A stretch of 64,000 bases of DNA from a virus. This document shows, piece by piece, positions 17,417-27,388 of the stretch. The stretch lies in IMG/VR virus record IMGVR_UViG_3300025288_000012, positions 96,001 to 160,000 of that record; one strand, 5' to 3'. Below the pieces are notes generated by a model. The model worked only from the letters and a program-made list of their open reading frames with translations, had not been told where the DNA came from and made no database searches. Position 1 is the stretch's first letter; every line of letters starts with the position of its first letter. The translations under genes and the position numbers were made by a program.

Positions 17417-20185
17417 ATTAAGCTATATTCCCAAGTACTAGAGCTGAGAGCTCTAAGTAGCATAGCACGAAAAGGTGTTGGCATAAGTGGAGAAGACTTA
17501 TCCGCAACTGCTACCTCGAACACTAGTGCGTATCTACTAGCAAACTTAGACGAGTCTTTTTTCCACTACGAACCCTGCAAGGCTGCCTTCCGTCGTGTGA
17601 TGACGATGGCGAAGAAACGATCCACGATCCTGTCGTATGACGACCTCATTGAAGATCCTGCTCTCGATGAAGAGTTCAGGGACATACTTCGTGAAGGCAG
17701 ACGTAAGCCAGTTCGTGATCTAGAGTCTGCTCGTTCACTGTTCTCTACACTTGACAAATACAAGAAGTCAAGAGCGTTGTACCAGATGGCTAAGACTGTT
17801 ATCGAGACTTTGAAAGAGCCGAAGATCGACATTGATGCCTTGACTAAAGGTGTAACTAACACTCTAACCCAGATAATCTCCCGCGAGAACACTGCAGATC
17901 AGATTCGTGTCATAGGTAAGGATGCCAATGCGCTGGAACTTGTTGACGAGGCCCTTGATACTGAGGACGAGGCCCTTTACAAGACTGGCTACAAAGAGTT
18001 CGACGATAAGAGCGGTGGGCTTCCTGCTGAAGGCGTATTCCTTATGGCTGCTACTACCTCAGGTGGTAAGTCAGCGCTACGGATGAACCTGATGAAGAAC
18101 ATTTACAAGCTCAACGCCATTGACGTTGCGACAGTGTCCTTCGAGATGAATGCCCCGAAGGAAACAAGGCGTCTACTGTCGTGCCTTACGGGTATTGAGT
18201 ATTGGAAGTTTGTACGAAAGTCATTGTCCGAGGAAGAGCGGGCTAAGGCTAAGTTGGAATGGCGTCGCCTTCATAGATTCGGTGTGAAGAACGACTGCAA
18301 GTATTCAGTATTGTGCCCAACACGAGGTCTCAACATACGTCAGCTGCTGACTTTGATGAAGCCTTACAAGTACAAGGCTATTGCCATTGACTACATATCG
18401 TTGCTGGACGATGGTGGGCAAAAAGACCAGTGGAAACTTCTGTCCGACATAACCAGAGAGTGCAAGGTATTCTCGGCAGAGACGAAGTGCCTGGTCATAC
18501 TTTTAGCACAGCTTGACTCCGAAGACGATCGGGTTCGTTATTCAAAGGGTATCCTTGAGAATGCTGACAACTGCATAACTGGGGATGCTCTCATAAGTAC
18601 ACCCAATGGGTTGCGACGCCTTGATACCCTGGCTGGGTCCCAACCTATCGGTGCCCGGGTAGCTGACAAAAAGATTAGGATAGTATCAAATGGCAAAGTT
18701 CGTAGTGCCACGGCTTGGGTAGACAGAGGCATTAAGCCAGTTAGGAAACTCACCTCCCACAAAGGATTTTCTTTGAAAGGTACGGAGGAACACCCAGTCC
18801 TAGTTCTTGAACCTAATCTGGAGATGCAGTGGAAGGCTCTGTCAGATATACAAGCAGGGGACTACATTGCACTAGATACTAGGCACAACTGGTCGACGAA
18901 GGATGCCTATATTCCACTACCCGTAGGTGTCTATTCCTCATTTAATTTGTCGAAGGGAAGGTTGTACACGTCCTGGACACCCCCTTCTTTACCCAAGCGA
19001 ATTACACCAGCTGTAGCTCGTGTAATGGGGCATCTTATAGCAGAAGGAACTGTCCATAAACGTTGTATAGAATTTGTAACTGCTCATACCGAAGTTATTG
19101 AGGACTACTGGAAGTCTATTGAAGAGGCTTTTGGACTGTCTCTACATAGACCCTTGCAGGAAGACACACACTACCGGTGCAGAATTGACCGAAAATGGAT
19201 TGTTAACTTCTTTAACCAGATACCAGGATTTACGGGCGGCGCGAGCAATAAGTACATACCTGATTGTGTGATGACTTCATCAAAACCCGTAGTTACAGCT
19301 TTCTTGCGCGGTTTGTTTGAGGGTGACGATGGTAAGGGATCTACCCGCGTCTATTATTACACTACTTCAGCTGAACTTGCTACTCAAGTTCAGCTACTGC
19401 TTCTCCGTTACGGGATTGTAGCTAGACTTACTGTGGGTAAAAAACGAACAAACCCTTTCAATGGGGCTTCCGCGAAGGACATGCATACTGTTGAGATACT
19501 TGGTTACGATAATTTGGTATCATTTTATGAGCAGATCGGTTTTATCTCGGCCCGTAAAGATCTAAAACCCAAAGAGGTGAAATTCCAGAAACCACGTTTG
19601 TATATTCCGTATGTTGCCGGAATTCTTCGAGAACGCCACGAGGGCAGCCGAAATGGACTTTTGTCTAGCGGCAGAATGTTCGGGCAGTCAGATAGCTCAC
19701 ACTGCTTGGGAGTAGACCGTCTAAATGACGTAGCATTCATGCAGAAACTAAAGCTTCTTGACCCCATAATTCACCAACGCCTGAGTTTAGTTTCAAAATC
19801 CGGTCTTGCCTGGGATAGGGTAGTGTCAAACCGTAAGGCTGGAAACGAGAGAGTTTATGACATAACCGTACCTAGCACTGAAAGCTTTATTGCTAATGGT
19901 ATAGTAGTGCACAATTGCTGGGTCTGGAACTACTCCAAGCAGGAGCAGCGTGACCTGCATGTACTACCTATCAAACAGCTTAAGGCTCGCGATCAGGAGG
20001 TGTACCCATTCGACCTACGTGAGAACTTCGGTCACATGCAGGTGCTAAACCTTGAAGAGGACTGCGCGGACGAATCAGTTGAGGATGGTGACTATAGACG
20101 TTCAAATGAGCGCCGAGCTGCCCGCAAGCGTGAAGCAGTTGAAGTTGACGATCCTTTATCCGACCCATCAGTATCTGTAGAATGA
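17417..20185 (+). CDS. dnaB: DnaB-family replicative helicase with one intein; proposed ATT start
   Basis: Walker A ATTSGGKS, SFEM, Walker B IAIDYISLL, and LLAQL...RYSKGILENAD. The frame is open upstream of GTG 17597 and encodes a DnaB N-domain-like segment. AGAGG SD lies 7 nt before ATT 17417. Confidence 0.88.
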   Translation: MKLYSQVLELRALSSIARKGVGISGEDLSATATSNTSAYLLANLDESFFHYEPCKAAFRRVMTMAKKRSTILSYDDLIEDPALDEEFRDILREGRRKPVRDLESARSLFSTLDKYKKSRALYQMAKTVIETLKEPKIDIDALTKGVTNTLTQIISRENTADQIRVIGKDANALELVDEALDTEDEALYKTGYKEFDDKSGGLPAEGVFLMAATTSGGKSALRMNLMKNIYKLNAIDVATVSFEMNAPKETRRLLSCLTGIEYWKFVRKSLSEEERAKAKLEWRRLHRFGVKNDCKYSVLCPTRGLNIRQLLTLMKPYKYKAIAIDYISLLDDGGQKDQWKLLSDITRECKVFSAETKCLVILLAQLDSEDDRVRYSKGILENADNCITGDALISTPNGLRRLDTLAGSQPIGARVADKKIRIVSNGKVRSATAWVDRGIKPVRKLTSHKGFSLKGTEEHPVLVLEPNLEMQWKALSDIQAGDYIALDTRHNWSTKDAYIPLPVGVYSSFNLSKGRLYTSWTPPSLPKRITPAVARVMGHLIAEGTVHKRCIEFVTAHTEVIEDYWKSIEEAFGLSLHRPLQEDTHYRCRIDRKWIVNFFNQIPGFTGGASNKYIPDCVMTSSKPVVTAFLRGLFEGDDGKGSTRVYYYTTSAELATQVQLLLLRYGIVARLTVGKKRTNPFNGASAKDMHTVEILGYDNLVSFYEQIGFISARKDLKPKEVKFQKPRLYIPYVAGILRERHEGSRNGLLSSGRMFGQSDSSHCLGVDRLNDVAFMQKLKLLDPIIHQRLSLVSKSGLAWDRVVSNRKAGNERVYDITVPSTESFIANGIVVHNCWVWNYSKQEQRDLHVLPIKQLKARDQEVYPFDLRENFGHMQVLNLEEDCADESVEDGDYRRSNERRAARKREAVEVDDPLSDPSVSVE
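18572..19915 (+). mobile_element. intein with LAGLIDADG homing endonuclease (448 aa) in DnaB
   Basis: Starts CITGDA, has block B GTEEHPV and LAGLIDADG-like GHLIAEG and FLRGLFEGD, and ends ANGIVVHN followed by +1 Cys. Confidence 0.92.
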
Positions 20186-20655
20186 CCCGTACTGAAACAA
20201 CCTCAATTCTTCGTGATGCTACAATCTCGTATTGGGCACACAAGAACTATTCCTGCTACAGTGAGATAGCAGTTAACAGCTGGGGTAAGCTACGTGCTGA
20301 CGTCCTTTCACTCAACATGAAAGGGCTGATCGTTCTTTCGGAAATAAAAAGCTCTCGGTCTGATTACTTGACTGATTGCAAGTGGAAGTCATACTTACCG
20401 TTCTGTGATCGAATGTTTTTCGTTATGACGCCCAAAACATTTGCCAGCATAAAGATGCAGCTGGTATTAGACATTAAAGGTACCGGCGTTGGGGTAATGG
20501 TACTTGATCCAACCACTGGGTATTTGAAAAGTGTTATCTCTAGTAAAGCACAGCAGCTTGAAGATGAGATACGTCAAAAACTTATCATTCGCATGGCGTG
20601 GCGAAATGGTCAATCTCGTAGAACGCATCGTCGTAGAGTTAGACATTTCCTTTAA
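20182..20655 (+). CDS. MmcB-like PD-(D/E)xK nuclease
   Basis: RADVLSL...EIKSSRSDYLTDCKWKSYLPFCDRMFFV matches the MmcB-family pattern. Confidence 0.8.
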   Translation: MTRTETTSILRDATISYWAHKNYSCYSEIAVNSWGKLRADVLSLNMKGLIVLSEIKSSRSDYLTDCKWKSYLPFCDRMFFVMTPKTFASIKMQLVLDIKGTGVGVMVLDPTTGYLKSVISSKAQQLEDEIRQKLIIRMAWRNGQSRRTHRRRVRHFL

Positions 20656-20670
20656 GGCACAATAACACCC

Positions 20671-21447
20671 ATGATAAAGAAAAAAGTACTACCAGTAGAT
20701 AGGCATGAAGGTGTATATGGTATAACTGCAGTTCGTAAGACTAAAAAAGTCAGTACTGCCAAACGAAAAGTGCCCGTTGCTAAAGCAAAGGCAGTGGAAA
20801 AAAGTACCACTAAGCGCCCGCCTTCTATAAAGAAGAAGCTAGTCAAGCGCAAAGCCGTGCTACTTCCTCCAGATCAGGTTTCCTACATTCCTGACCTAAA
20901 TATCCTTTACGATAGGCTGGAGCTTCCTACTGGAGCTGAAGGCCTACATCTAGAGAACGCAGTCTCCTTAAGCGAAGAACTACTGCAGTTCGTAAAGACC
21001 AAAACTGAGGCACGAACCCGTGACCTATCGAATCTGATTCTTCGCAGTTCAATACCAAGTATGCTGGCTTGCGACGCAAGCATAGCGTACACTAAGACTT
21101 TCCTTGAAAGTGGATTCGGCTTCTCTACGACACCCGACGAGACCATACCCGCAAGTCTGGCAGACCTAGTACGGTTTGAGGTCATTGCGTACTTCATCCG
21201 TGTTTCACGTCTGCCCAAGGTTGTGAAGACGAAGCTACTAGATACCTTAACCGACAAGTTTTCTGAACAGATCATAACTACAATGAGAGACTCTCTTCAG
21301 AAGAAAAAGCTAGACGATAAGGTAAAGGATATGGAGGCTTTCGTTATGCGGACACGATCAAACAACAAAGTAACTTCCTCGAAGCGTGAGGCCCAAGCTG
21401 AGCCCTCTGGAAGTGGCCGAGGCTCTATGAAACGTAGAGTTCCGTAA
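20671..21447 (+). CDS. basic protein; candidate terminase small subunit by position only
   Basis: Its stop overlaps the TerL start (TAATG). Lys-rich N-terminus. No diagnostic motif. Confidence 0.45.
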   Translation: MIKKKVLPVDRHEGVYGITAVRKTKKVSTAKRKVPVAKAKAVEKSTTKRPPSIKKKLVKRKAVLLPPDQVSYIPDLNILYDRLELPTGAEGLHLENAVSLSEELLQFVKTKTEARTRDLSNLILRSSIPSMLACDASIAYTKTFLESGFGFSTTPDETIPASLADLVRFEVIAYFIRVSRLPKVVKTKLLDTLTDKFSEQIITTMRDSLQKKKLDDKVKDMEAFVMRTRSNNKVTSSKREAQAEPSGSGRGSMKRRVP

Positions 21448-24400
21448 TGCTTACAGTAACGGGTAGAGAATCACCAGGATGTTTTTCGTGCACTAGTTAT
21501 TTGAGGTGCAAAGACGAACGTAAGTCATTCCTGTACAGCTGCAGTAGGTTCAGTCAGAACGAACAGTCCGCAAAGCAGTCTAGTAAACTCTTTGCTGACT
21601 TGCTGAAGGTTGAGACGGAGTTCGAGCCAGAGCACTACTCTCCTGCCGAAATCTACACTGGTGGTCCGTCAAAGTCGGAAAACTTTGACATCTATTCGGT
21701 CATAGAGGACGTAATATCGGAGAATGCACTTGCTCCACCCGACCTAAAGATCAATGATCGGGAATGGCCTGAGGCAAAGAACTTCTTTGAGTTCTGCATA
21801 AACGATAAGTTCCTGAAGGTCAAGCCCTACATAATGCAGGTAGCAATTGCAGTCATAACTCTGGCTGAGTATTGCCCCTGTTGCTCCAACACTGACTATT
21901 TGTTCAACAAGATACGTGCCACTGACAGCTACGGGAAGTTCAGAAAGTACGTAGTTCTGCTAGAGCACGGTGTGTGCCCAGTATGCCGTAAAGATAGACG
22001 TAGGCTAGTTCGCAAACACGGCCTCAAGTTCTACGATGAACTTGCAGCAAGTGCAGGTCAACGGGCTGGTAAGTCTGCACTAGTTGCAATGATTAGTGCT
22101 TACATTCTGCACCGCATGTTGAAACTGCAGAATCCAAATGAAGTGTACGGGCTTATGAGCTCCAACGTACTTCATGGAACGTTCGTTGCCTTAACGTTCG
22201 GTCAAGCAAAGGAAAACCTCTGGGATCCCTTCTACGGTAACATACTTGAGAGTCCATGGTTCTGCTTGAGTGAGGGAACGCCAGTTAGTCTACCTGACGG
22301 TAGCACTAAGCCTATTGAGCTTGTAGCAGTTGGTGAAGAAGTTGCAACTTTTGAAGGTACCGGAGTAGTTTCAGAGACATTCGCTAACGGAACTAAAGAG
22401 TGTCTTACCGTGACGCTTGAGTCAGGTCAACATCTAACTGCAACCCCTGAACACCAAGTACAATGCCTTAGCTCTTGTGGTAACTACTTAGTGTGGAAAA
22501 GGGTTGGGGATTTATCCATTGATGATTTAGTCGTAGCTGACGGCAAGATCGTACACCTGTCTAAGGTGTCCTCTATACACGACGCAGGTACCCGGAAAGT
22601 TTTTGACCTTACTGTTACCTCTACCCACAATTATTTTGCGGGTGGAATCTCAGTCCACAATTGTGGCTACAACGCCAATCTCCTAGACTTCTCCCGTAAA
22701 CGTGGTGACGAGCTTGTCAAGCTGAAAGACAACTTCATCAACTACAAACATCGCCGTCTGTTGATATACCCCGCTTCTCCTGACAAACGGATCCTGCGCG
22801 GCCGTTGCCTCCCAGGTAACTCCTTGATAAATACGTCAAATGGACTAATCAGAGTGGAGGAGGAAAGCAAACTTTTAGGTTCTATTACGCGGAAAGGCTT
22901 ATCTAGACGGGTCATAACAGACCACGTAGTTCAGCCAAGCAGAAAAAAAGTGTTACGCGCACTTTTGAGCAACGGATTAGAACTTGATGCTACTCCCGAC
23001 CATAGGGTACTGGTGTTAAACGATAGTCTAAACCCAGAATGGGTAGAGCAAAAAGACTTACTTGGCAAGTACGTGTTCTGTCAACTTGGTGGTGATTTCC
23101 CTAAGTCCTATCATTTCAACCATGACATTGCCTTGCACAAACCTATTTATGTGCAAATAGCTGAATACATAAGTAGCGGTAACGACTTCACCATTGATGA
23201 GCTTGCAGAATACTTTGACGTACACAAAAATAGTGTACTTTCTTATCACCTAGGTCCACTTCTGAAAGAAGGGGTGTTAGATAGACACCCTGTTCGTAAC
23301 CATGTTGGCCACCCTCTCCCTAGCATTTACTCAATAAACAAAAACTTTATACTTGAGGACTGGACTCTCTTAAGGAGGACTGGTAAGTTTACCAGCTACA
23401 ACTCTAATAAGGCAAAAGTCAAAATCCCTTCGTCCCTTACCACTGAGCTATCACGCCTGATTGGGTACTTAATCTCTGATGGTGATTTATCGTTCTCTGG
23501 TAATTCAATAGCTTTTTGCACGACCAGTCGAGCTAAAGCAAAAGATTTTTTTCGCTTATTCGTTTCTGTATTTGGGTGTAAACCCAGGTTAGTGCGCGAG
23601 GCAGGAGGTAATAGACGTAGTGGCTATGGCCCAACAGGTGAAGGTAGCTTATACACAATAGCGTTTTCGTACAAATCTATACTTAGCTTTTTTGAATTTA
23701 TTGGATTACACCATGTTTGTGCCACTACGAAAACACTTCCGACCTGTATACTTGAGGCCCCAAGAGAGTGTCTAGTAGAGTGCCTAAGTGCCATGGTAAG
23801 TTGTGACGGTGGTATTGTATCCAGATCAGATTTTGTAGGTGTTTACTACGCTACTAAAAGTTATGAGCTGTCAAAAATGGTTCAACTGTTGTTTATGCGC
23901 CTAGGCTATCCGTGCAGGAGGTACCCACATTTAGTAAGACTAACTCGTGATGCTTCTGTTAAATTCCTACAGGAATACACTGGTCTAAACAAACGTTCCT
24001 ACAAAAATGACATTTCGCTAACCCTGGCAACAGGGCGTAAATCAGTTCTTGCCTACAAAATCCCATATTCTAATAGTTACGTAGATTTCGATACTGAACT
24101 CGACCCTAAGTGCGCTAGATACCAGGACAAAGACTTAATTTTTGCTAGGGTGGAATCTTTAGAAAGTCTAGGCAAAAAAGTTGTTTACGACATTACAGTA
24201 GACAATCCTGACTCAGCTTTTCCTGCTAATGGAGTCTTGGTTCATAACACACGTTTCCTAGGAGCAATCGACGAAATTGGCTGGATGGACAATGACGCCT
24301 CTTCCAAGAAGATAAAAGCCAACGCCACCGAAACGTACGCTTCACTCGGTAACTCACTTCGCACTATTCGTTCTAAGGCTGAACGGTTGATGCGGCAAGG

Positions 24401-27080
24401 CTTCTTCAACGTACCAACTGGATATTTTCTTAACATCAGTTCGCCAAGTTCTGCCCGTGATAAGATCATGGACCTGGTCAAGAAGGCACAGGGCAGCAAA
24501 AAGACTTATGGAGTGCACAGGCCTACCTGGGAGTTAAACCCTGATGTTACCCGTGAAAGTCTAGCTGAAGATTTCAGGCGTGATCCTGTAGGCGCAATGC
24601 GAGACTTTGGTGCACAACCACCGCTAAGTTCTAGCCCGTTCATTGGAAACCCGCAGACTGTACTTAGCTGCCTGAGTGACAAGAAGAACTTCATCGAAAT
24701 CTCCTACGCTAGGAAGCGTAGCCCTGATGGTTCAATGAAACGCTTCGCCAAGCTTAATCGCGTCAAGGCTTCAGGCATGCCTTCTATCATGGCAATTGAT
24801 GCTGGGTACTGCCTTCCTGGCGATACCCTAGTACCAACCCAACTAGGCCTTAAATCTATAGGTGACTTAGTAGAGTTTCCTCCTAGATGTAAAGTTGGAT
24901 ATTCTATACCTCTAGGTATAAAGGTAGGTACGCAGGGCAACCCCGAAGTTGCATCTCATGTGATTTATTCGGGTATAAAGCCTCTACTGCAAATCTCCAC
25001 TAAGAGCGGCCACTTCCTGAAGCTTACTAGAAAACATCCTGTTCTCGTCCAGCAAGGAATGCAGTTGAATTGGGTTGAGGCTAAAGACTTGAAGATTGGG
25101 GATACACTATGCGTCAACCCAGTTCAGATTACCCGTAAGAAACGTCTTCCCTTAAATTTGAGTGACGCTTTACCTGTTGTTATATTTAGCAACTCCTCTG
25201 GAGTTCCCGGTGTTTACGGTAGAAAACGAGATAATAAATGGACTGTTATGCTGCCTATAGACAAGGTCCAGACACACTTTGGAATCTTCGATTCGTTTGA
25301 AGAGGCCGCAAGTGTGCGAAACAAATTTGTTAAGCAGTATGGTCTTCACAAACATCCATCTTCAACTAAGAAAGTTGTTAAGCCTCGGTTCATGACTCCT
25401 GAGTTAGCTTTCATTATAGGAGCACTTATTAGTGAAGGTCATTTCAATGAGTATCATCTTAGTATGGCTAATACTAACCTTGATTATCTGGATAAGCTAG
25501 ATTCCTGCTTTGAAAAAGTTTTTGGTAGAGTTCCAAAGCGATTTGGAGGAAAGAAGAAACCGGGCAGAGAGTTTACTATAAATGGTCGTGAAACTCGACA
25601 AAATTTTAGATGTTACGCGCTAGCGTTAAGCTCTAAACCTGTGTGTTCGTGGTTGAAAGAGTTGGGTGTTTTATCTTCCGAGCAGTATGGTCAAAAATCG
25701 TCCTATCATAAGAACATTCCAGCCTGCATTCTTCAAGCTGACACAGAGAGTCAGAAGGCTTTCATGGCCGCTTATATAGAAGGTGATGGAAGCATTGCAG
25801 GAAATCGTCAGACTATAAGTGTCTGGTCAAAGAGTTCGGAATTCTTGTATCAGTTCCAACTGCTACTAAACACTCATGGAGTATTATCTAACATAAGAAA
25901 AGGGTGTCTTACTACTGCAACAGCTAATATGGCTAATTCCCTGTACTGGCTAGTAGAAAAGTATCTTACCCACAAACATAAGTCTATCTACTTAAAGGAG
26001 GACCTGCATGTAGGGAATACCTCAGGGGTGCCTTCTTCTTCAATACAAGAGCTGCTTGATAATAGGTTATTGACTCAGCATCGTTCGAGATATGGTGTGG
26101 TTCACTCAGCTTACCTGGACGACAGCGGTGAGGAAGTGACTTTGGATAAACTACTTAGGTTGCCCAAGCTATTCCTATACGATATGTATAAAGTAGGAGA
26201 GTATAAAGAGCTATTAGCTCAGTTAAGACTGATCTCAAGACAAGCTGTAGAGAACCTGGAACACCTTTTGAAACTTAGGTATCAGCTTACGCCTATAGTT
26301 AGCATTTCCAGTGCAGGTAAAGCTAAGGTATATGACCTTTCTGTAAGCCCTTCAAATCCTAGCTTTATCGCAAATGGTTTAGTCGTTCACAACTCCAACA
26401 ACAGTTTCGCGCTTAGCATTGGTCATAAGCGTAACGGGGTACCTCAGATCGACTTGTTAGTTGAAGTTCAGCCCTTACCTGGTATGCCTCTGTCCTATAG
26501 ATATATCTACGATCACTTGATGAAGCCTCTTATAGAGCAGCGCAACGTTCAGGTTGTGGCAGCGGATAGGTGGAATAGCTTGAAACTTCTGTCGGACATT
26601 GAGGAAGACTTTGACATAGTCACAGTACAGCACTCTCTAAGGTATGCAGAAATGCAGTTGTTTAAGGAGTATGTTGAAGATAAGGAGCTTTTATTCCCCT
26701 GCCTTCCTAAAGGTGAGTCCATAGATACAGTACTGGCGTACAACGCAGATGACTATCCTAATTGTTTTGCTCATAATCCAGTTGGTCACTTTATATTGCA
26801 GTTGGTTACTGTGCAAGACACTGGAAGCGCAGTTATAAAGGGTGAACAACTAACTGATGACCTAGCCCGAGCTTCGATGCTGGCAGTTAGTCTGCTTTTG
26901 GACGAAGAGTATAAAATGTTTTGGGAAAAACCCATTGCCGAGACCGCGAACGTCATCGACGTTACGCAAATGGCCATATCTAGGGGAGTTACAGGTGGTG
27001 TATTCGGTGGAACTGGCGGAAACTCAGGTGGCTCTTCTTCAATCGCCATCGGAAGAGTTATCTCTAGATCGGATTCGTAA
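21447..27080 (+). CDS. terL: terminase large subunit with three inteins (~735 aa after splicing)
   Basis: Walker A AGQRAGKS, Walker B GAIDE, coupling motif NISSP, RNase H-like motif AIDAGY|SNNSFAL and C-terminal TDDLARA. Lies upstream of portal and head genes. Confidence 0.88.
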   Translation: MLTVTGRESPGCFSCTSYLRCKDERKSFLYSCSRFSQNEQSAKQSSKLFADLLKVETEFEPEHYSPAEIYTGGPSKSENFDIYSVIEDVISENALAPPDLKINDREWPEAKNFFEFCINDKFLKVKPYIMQVAIAVITLAEYCPCCSNTDYLFNKIRATDSYGKFRKYVVLLEHGVCPVCRKDRRRLVRKHGLKFYDELAASAGQRAGKSALVAMISAYILHRMLKLQNPNEVYGLMSSNVLHGTFVALTFGQAKENLWDPFYGNILESPWFCLSEGTPVSLPDGSTKPIELVAVGEEVATFEGTGVVSETFANGTKECLTVTLESGQHLTATPEHQVQCLSSCGNYLVWKRVGDLSIDDLVVADGKIVHLSKVSSIHDAGTRKVFDLTVTSTHNYFAGGISVHNCGYNANLLDFSRKRGDELVKLKDNFINYKHRRLLIYPASPDKRILRGRCLPGNSLINTSNGLIRVEEESKLLGSITRKGLSRRVITDHVVQPSRKKVLRALLSNGLELDATPDHRVLVLNDSLNPEWVEQKDLLGKYVFCQLGGDFPKSYHFNHDIALHKPIYVQIAEYISSGNDFTIDELAEYFDVHKNSVLSYHLGPLLKEGVLDRHPVRNHVGHPLPSIYSINKNFILEDWTLLRRTGKFTSYNSNKAKVKIPSSLTTELSRLIGYLISDGDLSFSGNSIAFCTTSRAKAKDFFRLFVSVFGCKPRLVREAGGNRRSGYGPTGEGSLYTIAFSYKSILSFFEFIGLHHVCATTKTLPTCILEAPRECLVECLSAMVSCDGGIVSRSDFVGVYYATKSYELSKMVQLLFMRLGYPCRRYPHLVRLTRDASVKFLQEYTGLNKRSYKNDISLTLATGRKSVLAYKIPYSNSYVDFDTELDPKCARYQDKDLIFARVESLESLGKKVVYDITVDNPDSAFPANGVLVHNTRFLGAIDEIGWMDNDASSKKIKANATETYASLGNSLRTIRSKAERLMRQGFFNVPTGYFLNISSPSSARDKIMDLVKKAQGSKKTYGVHRPTWELNPDVTRESLAEDFRRDPVGAMRDFGAQPPLSSSPFIGNPQTVLSCLSDKKNFIEISYARKRSPDGSMKRFAKLNRVKASGMPSIMAIDAGYCLPGDTLVPTQLGLKSIGDLVEFPPRCKVGYSIPLGIKVGTQGNPEVASHVIYSGIKPLLQISTKSGHFLKLTRKHPVLVQQGMQLNWVEAKDLKIGDTLCVNPVQITRKKRLPLNLSDALPVVIFSNSSGVPGVYGRKRDNKWTVMLPIDKVQTHFGIFDSFEEAASVRNKFVKQYGLHKHPSSTKKVVKPRFMTPELAFIIGALISEGHFNEYHLSMANTNLDYLDKLDSCFEKVFGRVPKRFGGKKKPGREFTINGRETRQNFRCYALALSSKPVCSWLKELGVLSSEQYGQKSSYHKNIPACILQADTESQKAFMAAYIEGDGSIAGNRQTISVWSKSSEFLYQFQLLLNTHGVLSNIRKGCLTTATANMANSLYWLVEKYLTHKHKSIYLKEDLHVGNTSGVPSSSIQELLDNRLLTQHRSRYGVVHSAYLDDSGEEVTLDKLLRLPKLFLYDMYKVGEYKELLAQLRLISRQAVENLEHLLKLRYQLTPIVSISSAGKAKVYDLSVSPSNPSFIANGLVVHNSNNSFALSIGHKRNGVPQIDLLVEVQPLPGMPLSYRYIYDHLMKPLIEQRNVQVVAADRWNSLKLLSDIEEDFDIVTVQHSLRYAEMQLFKEYVEDKELLFPCLPKGESIDTVLAYNADDYPNCFAHNPVGHFILQLVTVQDTGSAVIKGEQLTDDLARASMLAVSLLLDEEYKMFWEKPIAETANVIDVTQMAISRGVTGGVFGGTGGNSGGSSSIAIGRVISRSDS
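22263..22661 (+). mobile_element. mini-intein (133 aa, no endonuclease), TerL intein 1
   Basis: CLSEGT ... TATPEHQV ... HNYFAGGISVHN followed by +1 Cys. Confidence 0.9.
22806..24248 (+). mobile_element. LAGLIDADG intein (481 aa), TerL intein 2
   Basis: CLPGNS ... DATPDHRV ... GYLISDG ... SAMVSCDG ... ANGVLVHN followed by +1 Thr. Sits just before Walker B. Confidence 0.92.
24810..26393 (+). mobile_element. LAGLIDADG intein (528 aa) with AP2-like insert, TerL intein 3
   Basis: CLPGDT ... KLTRKHPV ... GALISEG ... AAYIEGDG ... ANGLVVHN followed by +1 Ser. Sits within the nuclease motif IDAGY|S. Confidence 0.92.
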
Positions 27081-27106
27081 TTTTTGTTATCTTCAGGAGA
27101 AACTAA

Positions 27107-27388
27107 ATGCCTACTAAACTTAAGGTATCATTGCAGCAAGTTCGAGGCGAGACCAAGTCCGCTGGGATGTTGGACGAAGCTGCCATTGCTGCTACAAAAG
27201 TGTTCAATCCCTTAGAGGAACTTGCGAAAACTGGGGCATTTAAGTCTGAGTCTGCAGTTCACAACGCTATGGTCGGTGTGTGTCCCAAATGTTCAGCACC
27301 CATGACTCAAGCAAAGATCGCTAACGGCGATGATGTTTTCTGGTGCGCAACTTGCTGTGTAACCTCTCCGAAGCCGAACAATGTTTAG
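27107..27388 (+). CDS. small Zn-ribbon protein
   Basis: CPKC ... CATC. AGGAG RBS. Confidence 0.7.
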   Translation: MPTKLKVSLQQVRGETKSAGMLDEAAIAATKVFNPLEELAKTGAFKSESAVHNAMVGVCPKCSAPMTQAKIANGDDVFWCATCCVTSPKPNNV

